Virus record (IMG/VR): IMGVR_UViG_3300021956_000014
Direction: 5' to 3' (one strand)
Source: a virus
Length of the DNA: 64,000 bases
The notes below the pieces were generated by a model that ran no database searches, had not been told where the DNA came from, and was given only the letters and a program-made list of their open reading frames with translations. The first letter of the stretch is position 1. Every line of letters starts with the position of its first letter. The position numbers were made by a program, and so were the translations under genes. Below, piece after piece: positions 54,755-63,532 of the stretch.

Positions 54755-55026
54755 TTAGACCAAACCCATTGCCAAGGCTTTGTAACCAGCGGCCACAACC
54801 TTACGGCTTGGCTTACCATGCACATACTCAGTAACATGGACACCGTTACCGGCTTTACGTCCATTTGCATGGATAGCAAAACCAGCTTGGCGGATACGCG
54901 AAACTTCGGCAGACAAATTGCCAATGCCAAAACGCTTGCGAGCTTCAGCCGCGGTCAAAGTTTGACCTTCGAGGACCATGGCTTTAAAAGCCTTACCGGT
55001 CTTAGTTTCTAGATTAATCATCATTT
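54755..55026 (-). CDS. small putative HTH DNA-binding protein
   Basis: About 90 aa from ATG 55026 (RBS AAAGGA); LTAAEARKRFGIGNLSAEVSRIRQAGFAI resembles a helix-turn-helix; maximal ORF 54755..55096 has an N-terminal extension I do not favour. Confidence 0.35.
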
Positions 55027-55105
55027 TTCCTTTAAAAGTATTTGCAGTAATCTCAACTGCTGATGCTAGTATAGCAGGTGCTAACTTAAAAATCAACGAT
55101 TATTT

Positions 55106-55315
55106 TTACCGTTTGTAATAAGTTTGTCCATAATATATCTTACGGCAAACTTCTTGACCTTGGAGAAGTCGGGTTGTATTGCAATCTTGGTGGTAATGGT
55201 CGCTTAGGGCATGACTGGCTACTGTTTTTCCGGTTGTAGCAGTCACACCCAAATCAACTACGGTCATAGCACAACCTTGAATAACTACAAACAATAATAT
55301 GAGTAGTTTATTCAT
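55106..55315 (-). CDS. small lipoprotein
   Basis: 69 aa; signal + lipobox VIQGC. Confidence 0.4.
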   Translation of the reverse strand: MNKLLILLFVVIQGCAMTVVDLGVTATTGKTVASHALSDHYHQDCNTTRLLQGQEVCRKIYYGQTYYKR

Positions 55316-55847
55316 CTCGATACTCTACTGGTTGCCATCCTAGTTGTTTTAGGTCCGCTTCGATTTCTTCAGTAACCACGCCTTCGGCGACATAGCCCTC
55401 GCCTGATGCTTTACCTAGCCCAAAGCCTTGTTCAGCCGATCCAATGCCCGAACAATACCAATCAATGTAGTCCCCGGACTCGCGCATGTCAGCAATGATG
55501 CCACCGGCATAACGCCAGCTACAACCCCAGCGTTGGTCTTGGAGAATGGGCATGACATCCAGTCGTTGCCATTCCATATTGCACATAGCCGCATAGAGAT
55601 TTTGTGCGTAAGCATCACTGGCCCTAACCTTAGCTAGGATCCAATCGGTGCTACGCAGGTCGTATTCCAAATTATCTTTTTGCCATTCGGGGTTGGCTTC
55701 ATTGGCCCTTTTCTGTTCGTCAATGGTTTTGAACATTTCAATATATTCTTCGCTAGGAGCTTCACCGGCTTCTGCTTTGCGAGCGAGATATCGTTCCTTT
55801 TGGAAACTATTGCGTTTTGGGCTATTAGAAAGTTTGGTCATATGCAA
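55308..55847 (-). CDS. hypothetical protein
   Basis: 179 aa ORF. Confidence 0.45.
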   Translation of the reverse strand: MHMTKLSNSPKRNSFQKERYLARKAEAGEAPSEEYIEMFKTIDEQKRANEANPEWQKDNLEYDLRSTDWILAKVRASDAYAQNLYAAMCNMEWQRLDVMPILQDQRWGCSWRYAGGIIADMRESGDYIDWYCSGIGSAEQGFGLGKASGEGYVAEGVVTEEIEADLKQLGWQPVEYRDE

Positions 55848-55959
55848 TTATAAACTATTTTGAGTTTTGTGTCAACTAAATTGTCTGCCGTGGCGTTGTA
55901 TATATGTAACAAGAAAAACCTTGTTATAGTTTCAAAACTAACCCGAATGGAGAAACAAA

Positions 55960-56183
55960 TGAAACAACTTATCACTCTTATTGCTACCATTGCCACTGCT
56001 TCTGCTTTTGCGGCTGAACCTGCTAAAGCTCCTGCAACCGCTCCTGCCGCTAGTGCCCCGGCTGTAACTGCACCAGCGCCTGCTAAGAAGGACGAAAAGA
56101 AAGCCAAACAGGAGGCAGTTAAGACTGACGCCACCAAAAGTGCGCCGGCCCCTGCCCCCAAAGCCGAAGCTACTAAGAAGTAA
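55960..56183 (+). CDS. secreted Ala/Pro/Lys-rich (histone-H1-tail-like) small protein
   Basis: Start at internal Met (RBS GGAGAAACAA); signal peptide MKQLITLIATIATASAFA then AEPAKAPATAPAASAPAVTAPAPAKKDEKKAKQE...; one of few plus-strand genes. Confidence 0.45.
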
Positions 56184-56388
56184 TCCATTAAGGTTTGGTC
56201 TTATCCGGTTGCGTGGTACTGACCCGTACGATGCACCGGATGACGAATACTTATGTGCCAGTAGCATCCGTAAACCGAAGATTGTAAACTCCGAGCCTGC
56301 CAACGCAGATGACGATGAAGAGCTTTCGGATTATGTGAAAATTAGATTACTTATAGCTCGCACAAGAGCTATGCAAAAATACAAAGAA

Positions 56389-56420
56389 GTCTGGGGATAA
56401 AATTTTCCCCAGGCTTTTTT
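56389..56420 (+). terminator. intrinsic terminator
   Basis: CTGGGGAtaaaattTCCCCAG + GCTTTTTTT. Confidence 0.5.
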
Positions 56421-56490
56421 TGTGACTAAGTATTATTGTGACAACAGTCACAGCTCGTGTTTAACACACATACACACAAAGGAGAAAAAT

Positions 56491-56718
56491 ATGAGCAAAA
56501 CACCTTACGAGATCCGTCTCGAACTACTCAAGATGGCCAACGAAATACTCGTGACGCCAATCTTCCAAAAGCGCGATGCCCTGATGCAGGAATATCATTC
56601 CAAGCTAACAGACGCCAACCGCGGAACCCTTCCGTTCCCAACCTTACCTGATTTTCCATCCAGCACGGATGTGGTCAGCAAGGCCGAAGAACTGAAAAAG
56701 TTTGTAGATCAGGCGTAA
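56491..56718 (+). CDS. small hypothetical protein
   Basis: 75 aa from ATG 56491 with RBS AAGGAGAAAAAT; followed by terminator. Confidence 0.45.
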   Translation: MSKTPYEIRLELLKMANEILVTPIFQKRDALMQEYHSKLTDANRGTLPFPTLPDFPSSTDVVSKAEELKKFVDQA

Positions 56719-56746
56719 AAAAAGGCCCTACGGGGCCTTTTTAGTT
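56717..56746. terminator. bidirectional intrinsic terminator
   Basis: AAAAAAAGGCCCtacGGGGCCTTTTT. Confidence 0.6.
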
Positions 56747-56973
56747 AGTGTAACTTCTTGGGTTTTTTCGTCAATGCCCCAAGTTAGTTCATCACCAATC
56801 TTCCACCCGTTGGCCTCCAACGCCTCCATTGGCAAGGGCATAACAACATCACCAGTCTCTGGATCCTCTTCCAACTCAACTATCCAAGTTGTTTCGGTTT
56901 GACGGGTAATCTTAGGTTCTAGCACACTTGGCTCAATCTTGCTTTTCATCCAAAATCCTAATGTCTGTGACAT
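56728..56973 (-). CDS. hypothetical small protein
   Basis: 81 aa ORF. Confidence 0.35.
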   Translation of the reverse strand: MSQTLGFWMKSKIEPSVLEPKITRQTETTWIVELEEDPETGDVVMPLPMEALEANGWKIGDELTWGIDEKTQEVTLTKKAP

Positions 56974-57238
56974 TCATCACACGAAAAGCTCTCCATTTGC
57001 TTTTATCTAAACACCACACACTTAATGATTCGGGTTTGTACAAACGAGTTTGGTGATGCTCGTTCACAGCACGTTGGGGCATGGCTTCTGCCCGCAAGGT
57101 GCAAGGCATGGTGCGTACTGTTCCGTCCACTTTGGTAAAAGTGATTTCGCAGTCGTGCTTGCCCAGCAGGTTACGGATGTAGCGATTGCGACTGTCGGCA
57201 TCGCCGGCTAATTCTAGCAACATTTCAGCTGATGTCAT
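56933..57238 (-). CDS. hypothetical protein
   Basis: 101 aa ORF. Confidence 0.4.
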   Translation of the reverse strand: MTSAEMLLELAGDADSRNRYIRNLLGKHDCEITFTKVDGTVRTMPCTLRAEAMPQRAVNEHHQTRLYKPESLSVWCLDKSKWRAFRVMNVTDIRILDEKQD

Positions 57239-57401
57239 TTTTCGCCTTTGTTACGACTAGTGCGTTGACGTGAGTTCTCTTGTTCAATGGCAACAAAACT
57301 ACGAATAAAGGCACCACGTTGATGGTTGTCCTGGATCAATGCGGCCGCACGTTTTACACTCTTGCTGATTTTAACAGCCTTTGGATCATATCCTCTACAG
57401 G

Positions 57402-57656
57402 TCATTTGTTTTCCTTTTTAAATTGTTCAACTTGTTTTCTACGGCATTCTTCTCTTACTTTGATTGGAACGTCGGGAGTAATTTCAACCCATGTGCAATT
57501 ATACACTACAGTTCTATTGTCGGACAAGAGCATTTGGCTACTGATTATTCCAATCCAAAGAATAGCAACCGAAGAAAAAAGAATAACAAAATCCAACGCC
57601 AATACCGCTCGACGATGCCAACGTTCGCGGTCTAGGTCGATGGGAATATATTTCAT
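57402..57656 (-). CDS. small membrane protein
   Basis: 84 aa with one strong TM segment. Confidence 0.35.
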   Translation of the reverse strand: MKYIPIDLDRERWHRRAVLALDFVILFSSVAILWIGIISSQMLLSDNRTVVYNCTWVEITPDVPIKVREECRRKQVEQFKKENK

Positions 57657-57853
57657 GCTATGCGGTCCACGTTTTGTCCAGGTCGATTCATTCGACGATT
57701 CATTTCAATACGTTTTTCTTCGTTGTCTTTTAATTGTTCTTTGACACGTTGTTCTTCCAGTAGAAGTTCTTCGTGCCGCTTGTCCAGTTGTTTAATTTCA
57801 ACTTGTCGATAAATTTCTGCATTTTGTACAGTTACTCTACTAACATCTGTCAT
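57653..57853 (-). CDS. small coiled-coil protein
   Basis: 66 aa, charged heptads. Confidence 0.35.
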   Translation of the reverse strand: MTDVSRVTVQNAEIYRQVEIKQLDKRHEELLLEEQRVKEQLKDNEEKRIEMNRRMNRPGQNVDRIA

Positions 57854-59145
57854 ATTTTTTCTCCGGGTTCAAAGCCCCGGAAACGCAAAAATCGTGGAAA
57901 GCGCAAACTGTATGTGCCATCTTGGTTCTGTGTAATAGCGTCGGCACGTACTTCAACTACATGCCCATCAACACGACAGTTCCAAAAGTCTTCGCGTTGT
58001 TGATCGCTAAAACCAGATCCAACATTAACGCGAATCTCACGCTCGTCGTCAACGCCTTCGCAGACCAATGCGCCCAGCTTACCCACATTTCGCCCGGTGC
58101 CTTCTTCTGTATTTACGACAGTAAGGCTAACTTCAATAAAGGGTTTTTGTTTGAGCCAAGCGGTACTGCGTTTGCACTCGTACACAGCATTAGGGTCTTT
58201 GATCATAATGCCTTCGTAACCACCGGCTATTGCCTGGGTATTAATCATTTTAAAACGAGCCGCGCCTTGATGGGTGTCGAGGTCAACCAGTTCTTGTCCC
58301 ACAATAGTAACATTGGGCATATGATCCATTAAGGGCAAGTACCAGCCACGCAAGCGAGCACTACGCTGATGTTGCACTTCGGTGCTTACGCCTGCTTGGA
58401 ATTCGCGCAGGGGCAGAATATCAAACAAGTTGAGCACAGCATCATCAGCTTTAGCATCACTTTTACGATGGATCTGCTTCATCAAGTCTTGGAAATTGCC
58501 TGACATGATTTCACCATCCAGCACCATCGGTTCCTTAAAGAACACGGCGTGCTTGGCAATTTGACGTTTCACTTCTTCAAAGTTAACCAGCTCTTTGCCA
58601 TTGCGACTGTACTGATCAACTTGACCCGACGGGTACACAATAGTAATTACACGCACACCATCCAGTTTTACTTCAATGAGTTTTTCACCAGAGACCTTGC
58701 TTTCGTGTTTGGCACCGTCGTGTGCCAGTTGGCATTCAAACACAGGCACATGAAACTTGGGGTCAGCATGTTTGTTGATAGTACTGTCGCTGGTGCCGCA
58801 TCGCATGTCCTTGATCAGGATGCGTCGGTACCACTGATTCCATTCTGCTTCTTTAGCATTCATACGCAGATAGTTAACTGCGGTAATGGCCGCATTGCCA
58901 GTGACACGACGCTCGGCTAGGTCTTGTGCAGTTTTCCAAAAAGCATCGGCGGTAATACCTTTACCGTCGCCCGACTTCTCTTCGACTTTCTTGACACCAA
59001 ACGTGATCATAGCATCGTATGCCGCACGGAATCCACGAAACAATTCAGTATTGTCTGCCGCACTTTCGCGACGGATGATAGCTTCTTTTGCCAGTCGACT
59101 ATTATCAGCTTCTAGCTCTGCAACAACGTCCCATGGTTTATTCAT
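57850..59145 (-). CDS. ATP-dependent DNA ligase
   Basis: 431 aa; adenylation motif I KLDGVR (EVKLDGVRVI); size and order typical of T4/T7-type phage ligases. Confidence 0.8.
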   Translation of the reverse strand: MNKPWDVVAELEADNSRLAKEAIIRRESAADNTELFRGFRAAYDAMITFGVKKVEEKSGDGKGITADAFWKTAQDLAERRVTGNAAITAVNYLRMNAKEAEWNQWYRRILIKDMRCGTSDSTINKHADPKFHVPVFECQLAHDGAKHESKVSGEKLIEVKLDGVRVITIVYPSGQVDQYSRNGKELVNFEEVKRQIAKHAVFFKEPMVLDGEIMSGNFQDLMKQIHRKSDAKADDAVLNLFDILPLREFQAGVSTEVQHQRSARLRGWYLPLMDHMPNVTIVGQELVDLDTHQGAARFKMINTQAIAGGYEGIMIKDPNAVYECKRSTAWLKQKPFIEVSLTVVNTEEGTGRNVGKLGALVCEGVDDEREIRVNVGSGFSDQQREDFWNCRVDGHVVEVRADAITQNQDGTYSLRFPRFLRFRGFEPGEKI

Positions 59146-59961
59146 TTATTTTCCTACGGGCAAGTTAGGCACAACGCCTGCACCAAGTACCAGCGTACCA
59201 CCTTTGAAGTTGCGAATACCTTCGGCAAGAATAATCTGTGCTTCGGCCTGCTTCATACGAGCTTGTGCATCCATGTATTGGATAGCGCCAGCATTGGAGT
59301 TCAGCGCGGCAATGCGTCGAGCTTCAGCCTGTGCAGTTGCCACTTCAACTTCTTTCTGTTTCAGTTCGTTCTTGGCCTTGACCAGTTCATTGGCGCTGGC
59401 AACGATAGCATCAGCAGGCACAATATTACGGATCAACACTTGGCTGACATTGATCATACCATCCAGCTTTTCGTCTGCTAGAGTGCGAATAACAATTTCT
59501 CGAATGTCTGCTTCCATGGCTTGACGGTTGTCAGCCATGTCCAAGGCTTCGTATTTGCGCGATGCTTTGTAGATAGCGTTACGAGTTGCATTGAACACAT
59601 AGTTGTACATCAAGTAAACATCGCCGCCATGATTGGCGTGGAATGATTTGTTCTTGGTGTTGTACAAGTCGCTGACATTGGCTTGATTGATGTTGTACAC
59701 AACCACAGCATCAAAGTCTTTCATTGTGCTGTTATCCTTGGCCAACGGAGTCATGTCCTCAACTTTGACCGTGACATCCTTGATAGGAAAAGTTAGTACA
59801 CTACCAACAATAGTTTGGTTGAACGAGCCGGGCAAAAGTTCATTACCGCTGACTTGTTTGTCAAAGCCCACACGCAGACCAACTTCGCCAGTTTCAATTC
59901 GAGTACAACCAGTTGCCAGGATGGCGGCGGCAACAATACCAGTAAGAGCAAAACGTTTCAT
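59146..59961 (-). CDS. SPFH/band-7 (HflK/HflC, prohibitin-like) lipoprotein
   Basis: 271 aa; lipobox LATGC; SPFH-domain pattern (GEVGLRVGF..., DAVVVYNI) then Ala/Gln/Glu coiled coil. Confidence 0.7.
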   Translation of the reverse strand: MKRFALTGIVAAAILATGCTRIETGEVGLRVGFDKQVSGNELLPGSFNQTIVGSVLTFPIKDVTVKVEDMTPLAKDNSTMKDFDAVVVYNINQANVSDLYNTKNKSFHANHGGDVYLMYNYVFNATRNAIYKASRKYEALDMADNRQAMEADIREIVIRTLADEKLDGMINVSQVLIRNIVPADAIVASANELVKAKNELKQKEVEVATAQAEARRIAALNSNAGAIQYMDAQARMKQAEAQIILAEGIRNFKGGTLVLGAGVVPNLPVGK

Positions 59962-60057
59962 TTAAATAACTCCAGTTGAAAAAAGATAAAAACACACAAC
60001 GAACCCGAAGGCAAAATACAAAGGCCGGAGCCAGAAATCATTGATCATATCAATTCC

Positions 60058-60234
60058 TTAAAAAAGAACTACAAGGGCGATTAAAAATCCCATTGTAAGT
60101 ATAGCACAAAACGCACTATAAGTCAAGAGCTTGGTTAGTTCCCAACGCTCTTTTCCAGTCATGGCTCTTACAGCACGAATGCCAACAAAGAACAAACCAA
60201 AAACAATAGCAAAAGCAAAGATGACCCGGATCAT
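60058..60234 (-). CDS. small membrane protein (58 aa)
   Basis: Hand-found ORF MIRVIFAFAIVFGLFFVGIRAV... with two hydrophobic helices; ATGA start/stop overlap with the upstream gene; preferred over the overlapping 60116..60322 ORF. Confidence 0.3.
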   Translation of the reverse strand: MIRVIFAFAIVFGLFFVGIRAVRAMTGKERWELTKLLTYSAFCAILTMGFLIALVVLF

Positions 60235-60467
60235 TTTGAATTCTCCAAATAAAACATTCCAACTCTAACCATTGCCTCTGCATGTTCGCGATCACGCGGA
60301 ATAACCACAGACTCACCAGCACACAATTTTCTGTATTCTTCTGCGTATTCTGCTAATAGCAATTCAGCAAACTCTTCCATATTGTGAGGAAAAACTTGCC
60401 ACGGTGATATACCAACTTGCTCCATGTATTGTAAAATATTTTTTTTCATACACTCAGCAAAGCCCAA
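60231..60467 (-). CDS. hypothetical small protein
   Basis: 78 aa ORF. Confidence 0.4.
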   Translation of the reverse strand: MGFAECMKKNILQYMEQVGISPWQVFPHNMEEFAELLLAEYAEEYRKLCAGESVVIPRDREHAEAMVRVGMFYLENSK

Positions 60468-60769
60468 ACAGTTGTTGATTGTAAATCATTTTCAAACTCG
60501 GGATACACTTCATCTAGCTGAGTCAAGTTGATTGTTTTGTATCCACGGTTCTCTTTCTTATCACAGAGCTTGCTGGCTTCCCATTGACCGAAATTGCGAT
60601 GTATCTTGGTTTGAAGCTTTGCTCCTCGGCGGCCCCAGAACGCTACATAGTCGTTATCCCATGTACTGTCGGTGAGTTTGATAAGACCCCACACTTTGTC
60701 CGAGGTTCCTTCCTTACAATGTCCAATCCAGTAATAGTTCATAGTTTTTCCTCTTGTAGTGTTTCCCAC
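60446..60769 (-). CDS. hypothetical protein
   Basis: 107 aa ORF. Confidence 0.4.
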   Translation of the reverse strand: MGNTTRGKTMNYYWIGHCKEGTSDKVWGLIKLTDSTWDNDYVAFWGRRGAKLQTKIHRNFGQWEASKLCDKKENRGYKTINLTQLDEVYPEFENDLQSTTVWALLSV

Positions 60770-61110
60770 ATCATTTTCTTTTCACATTCTTCGCGAAACT
60801 GTTTGCGAAGTTCCTTATTGTTGCACCAAGCCCGGATGTTGTCATAACTGCCCTGCGCGGCCTCAGGTAAATTTTCTCGTACCCACATGGCAGTGGCCCA
60901 AAATACCGTACGGCTGTGCGTGTCTGCGTTGAACAATGCACGTTCATAGTCACGTGCCAACATGGCCTCCATGTGCCCACCGGGCATAAGGCCGTCAAAC
61001 AAGTAACGATCCATTGCGGCTTTTTGATCATCACTCCACCGCATGCCAACATATTTGCCGTTATGATACATGCTCTGATCGTAATCGATTGATTGTGGTC
61101 GGTAAATCAT
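60739..61110 (-). CDS. hypothetical protein
   Basis: 123 aa ORF. Confidence 0.4.
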   Translation of the reverse strand: MIYRPQSIDYDQSMYHNGKYVGMRWSDDQKAAMDRYLFDGLMPGGHMEAMLARDYERALFNADTHSRTVFWATAMWVRENLPEAAQGSYDNIRAWCNNKELRKQFREECEKKMMWETLQEEKL

Positions 61111-61364
61111 TAATACTCTCCGCTGATAAGATACATGGTCAAGTCTGGACCCTCGACCCTAACACATTGATTACTGTAGCGACTTGTGTCACTGTAGCCA
61201 ATGCCACTACGAGGCGATTTGTATGCCCACTCTACACGAATTTGTTTGGGCGAAAATCTAATAATCTTGCCCAGTTTCATACCACCATAGGGTGCAGGAA
61301 AAACCACATAGTCACCAATGGCAAGCTCGCGATTAAGAAAGTCTTTGTGAGCTATGTCTGTCAT
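61110..61364 (-). CDS. hypothetical small protein
   Basis: 84 aa ORF. Confidence 0.4.
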   Translation of the reverse strand: MTDIAHKDFLNRELAIGDYVVFPAPYGGMKLGKIIRFSPKQIRVEWAYKSPRSGIGYSDTSRYSNQCVRVEGPDLTMYLISGEY

Positions 61365-61846
61365 TTTGCACCTTCAAATTCTTTAACATGTTTACAAGCA
61401 CCACGGAATCGGAATCCGCTACAAGTGCAATTATACTGACCTTCTTCCAACGTCACAATATATACGTCACCCTTACTGCCAGTGACTTCCCAACGGTTGG
61501 GATTTGTAGTCTCTTCAATTTCAAATTTGGGTTGCTCTTTGGCCACTTCAAACTTACGACCACGGGTATCAATGCGAATGGGGTTTTTAAATTTAAATAC
61601 CGCTTTGTCTCCGGGCTTGATGTAAGCATACATTTTGGTTTTGGCATCATCCAACAAGTAAATACCGTTAGGCATTGAGTCGGGCCATACAGTAGTTTCT
61701 TGGTAGAATTTCATTGCGTCTCCATCATTCGCATAAAGGCCCGCATCATTGCTTGAGCTTGGGCTAAATTTTGTTCTGGCGTTTGTTGTTGAACACAGGC
61801 CGCAGTCACATTCTGACGATGAAACTGTGCCAGGTGCGACTGGCAA
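61361..61846 (-). CDS. SWIM zinc-finger protein
   Basis: C-terminal CTCSGFRFRGACKH = CxCx8CxH SWIM signature; likely start at internal Met (MKFYQETT...). Confidence 0.45.
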   Translation of the reverse strand: MPVAPGTVSSSECDCGLCSTTNARTKFSPSSSNDAGLYANDGDAMKFYQETTVWPDSMPNGIYLLDDAKTKMYAYIKPGDKAVFKFKNPIRIDTRGRKFEVAKEQPKFEIEETTNPNRWEVTGSKGDVYIVTLEEGQYNCTCSGFRFRGACKHVKEFEGAK

Positions 61847-61938
61847 GTGTTCTGATCTGCATAGGTGCCAACTGTAGTGACACCTGTGGCAAGTACAAGG
61901 ATTAGATTGTACATGTTAGTCGGCACGTGAACAAGCAT
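61711..61938 (-). CDS. small secreted protein (uncertain)
   Basis: Signal-like MYNLILVLATGVTTVGTYA; overlaps neighbours. Confidence 0.25.
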   Translation of the reverse strand: MLVHVPTNMYNLILVLATGVTTVGTYADQNTCQSHLAQFHRQNVTAACVQQQTPEQNLAQAQAMMRAFMRMMETQ

Positions 61939-62347
61939 AAGCCTTCAAGCCTGCTTTACGCAAAACTTCAGCAAACGCATGAGCACCGGCTTCTTTGATG
62001 TCCATGCTCTGCGTGAACGAACCGCCGGGGTTCCAAACCGTCAGGCATTTTGGTTTGTAATCTTTCTTGAAACCTGCCGCAATCAATTCCTTAGCAATTT
62101 TAGAATTGGTGCGATCAACATAAACTTCGACCCAACCAAAACCACAGTAGCCAGGCTCACCGTGCTGGGCACGAAAATCTGCTTCGGCTTGACGGGCGGC
62201 AGTAAAAGCTTCTTCAACGATTTGACTCAACATGTCTAACTCCTTTTTAACTACAATGAAACAATTATACAATAGAATGGGTAAAACTGTCAACCATTTT
62301 TGACACTGGACCAATGTACTCCAGTTCTTTGGGACTGTACCAAGCAA
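61916..62347 (-). CDS. hypothetical protein
   Basis: 143 aa ORF. Confidence 0.4.
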   Translation of the reverse strand: MLGTVPKNWSTLVQCQKWLTVLPILLYNCFIVVKKELDMLSQIVEEAFTAARQAEADFRAQHGEPGYCGFGWVEVYVDRTNSKIAKELIAAGFKKDYKPKCLTVWNPGGSFTQSMDIKEAGAHAFAEVLRKAGLKAYACSRAD

Positions 62348-62534
62348 CCTTTTGCATGGAGCCCACCGGCAGAACCAAACTTACATCACCGCGGTCGTTA
62401 ACTTCTGCTACCACAGCCAGCGTACCAAATTTGGTCCAAACTGCGTCTAGGGGTTTGAGTTTTTTGGTTTTCATATTACATACTCCAATAAGTTTCAGAG
62501 TCGGGGCGGCAACACCAGGGAGTGTCTGCATCAA
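62265..62534 (-). CDS. hypothetical small protein
   Basis: 89 aa maximal ORF; probable start at MKTKKLKPL. Confidence 0.35.
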   Translation of the reverse strand: MMQTLPGVAAPTLKLIGVCNMKTKKLKPLDAVWTKFGTLAVVAEVNDRGDVSLVLPVGSMQKVAWYSPKELEYIGPVSKMVDSFTHSIV

Positions 62535-62754
62535 TTTCTACGTCCTTACCCGACATCAAATTCTTAACGGTGATTTTGGGAGCCCGGTAAGTGTCGCGAG
62601 CAACAATGGTCAATTCGCTGACGCTCCAACCTGCTTTGTTGCAGAGACGGGTACGAGTGGCCTTAGCGGCACCAAAAGTTTTGTAGGCACGGGTTTTGTT
62701 GGGACCATCGGTAACAATAAGTCCGGTACCTTTTGCAACGATTACATATGACAT
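62476..62754 (-). CDS. hypothetical protein downstream of promoter cassette P3
   Basis: Start ATG 62754 (MSYVIVAKG...) preceded by AAAGGAGCC RBS. Confidence 0.4.
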   Translation of the reverse strand: MSYVIVAKGTGLIVTDGPNKTRAYKTFGAAKATRTRLCNKAGWSVSELTIVARDTYRAPKITVKNLMSGKDVEIDADTPWCCRPDSETYWSM

Positions 62755-62785
62755 TTGGGGCTCCTTTACTAGCTTCAATACATGT

Positions 62786-62814
62786 ATTGTAATATAGATG
62801 CCATTTCTCGTCAA
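62786..62814 (-). promoter_or_regulatory. promoter cassette P3
   Basis: Minus strand TTGACG-17-TACAAT ... AAAGGAGCCCC ... ATG; spacer shares AAATGGCATCT with P1/P2. Confidence 0.5.
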
Positions 62815-62849
62815 ATTTTGGGCAAAATAGTTGTTGCAAAAAAGCCACA

Positions 62850-62890
62850 AAAAAGCCCCAAAAATGGGGCTATTTTTTGTAATACTAGAG
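62850..62890. terminator. intrinsic terminator after the OMP gene
   Basis: AGCCCCAtttttGGGGCT hairpin with T-runs on both sides. Confidence 0.55.
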
Positions 62891-62899
62891 TATTACTTT

Positions 62900-63445
62900 T
62901 TAGAATGCAAACCCAAGTCCCAAGCCCCAAGCATTTTCTTTGATGTCTTGGTAGCTCTTGCTAACATTAAGGTTCAAGCTGACTTTGTTGGCAACAGGGA
63001 TTGAGTAAGTACCAAATGCCACTGTTTGATTTGTCATATTGGCTTCTGTGCTACCAACTCGGGTTTTCACACCAACCAAAGCAAAACCTGGGCCTGCTTT
63101 GAAACCAGTTGTTGCGCCAACCAAACCGTAGTTGTATGCGGCACCTTGGGCACCGTTAGCACCGTTGTCATGACCCCAGCCAATGAATGGAGTGATAGCA
63201 CCAACTGCTTTACCAGCAGTCAATTCCAGGCTGTTGTACATGCCACCCGAGGCAGAAACACTGGTACGGCTTTGTAGACCGGCTTGGATGCCACCAATTT
63301 CTTTACCAGCACGAACATATTGCGCGGTACTGTTGGCGTATCCTTGATTGCTTTTAACATGATCAACATCAACGCTGACATAGTCAGCGGCAGATGCCAA
63401 ACCAGCGGCCAAAGCGATAGCTGTTGCGATTGCGATTTTCTTCAT
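62900..63445 (-). CDS. outer-membrane beta-barrel protein (Lom/OmpX/Ail-like)
   Basis: 181 aa; signal peptide MKKIAIATAIALAAGLASA; alternating amphipathic beta-strand pattern; C-terminal GLGLGFAF with terminal Phe typical of OMP barrels. Confidence 0.55.
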   Translation of the reverse strand: MKKIAIATAIALAAGLASAADYVSVDVDHVKSNQGYANSTAQYVRAGKEIGGIQAGLQSRTSVSASGGMYNSLELTAGKAVGAITPFIGWGHDNGANGAQGAAYNYGLVGATTGFKAGPGFALVGVKTRVGSTEANMTNQTVAFGTYSIPVANKVSLNLNVSKSYQDIKENAWGLGLGFAF

Positions 63446-63494
63446 TTAAACTTCCTTTTTTAAAATCATGGAGCCTTGTTTTTGCCCATGTGTT

Positions 63495-63523
63495 ATTATA
63501 TAGCCTTCACTATTGAAGAGCAA
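63495..63523 (-). promoter_or_regulatory. sigma70-like promoter for the OMP gene
   Basis: Minus strand TTGCTC-17-TATAAT about 50 nt upstream of ATG; RBS AAAAAAGGAAG. Confidence 0.35.
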
Positions 63524-63532
63524 TATATTCAG

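Noticed and set aside
54685-54930. 81-aa ORF overlapping the HTH-like gene
   Set aside because: Alternative frame inside a better candidate (54755..55026) that has an RBS and a recognisable helix-turn-helix segment.
60116-60322. 68-aa ORF from the six-frame track
   Set aside because: It overlaps a 58-aa two-helix membrane ORF (60058..60234) that has an ATGA stop/start overlap with the upstream gene and better coding appearance, so the alternative frame is preferred.
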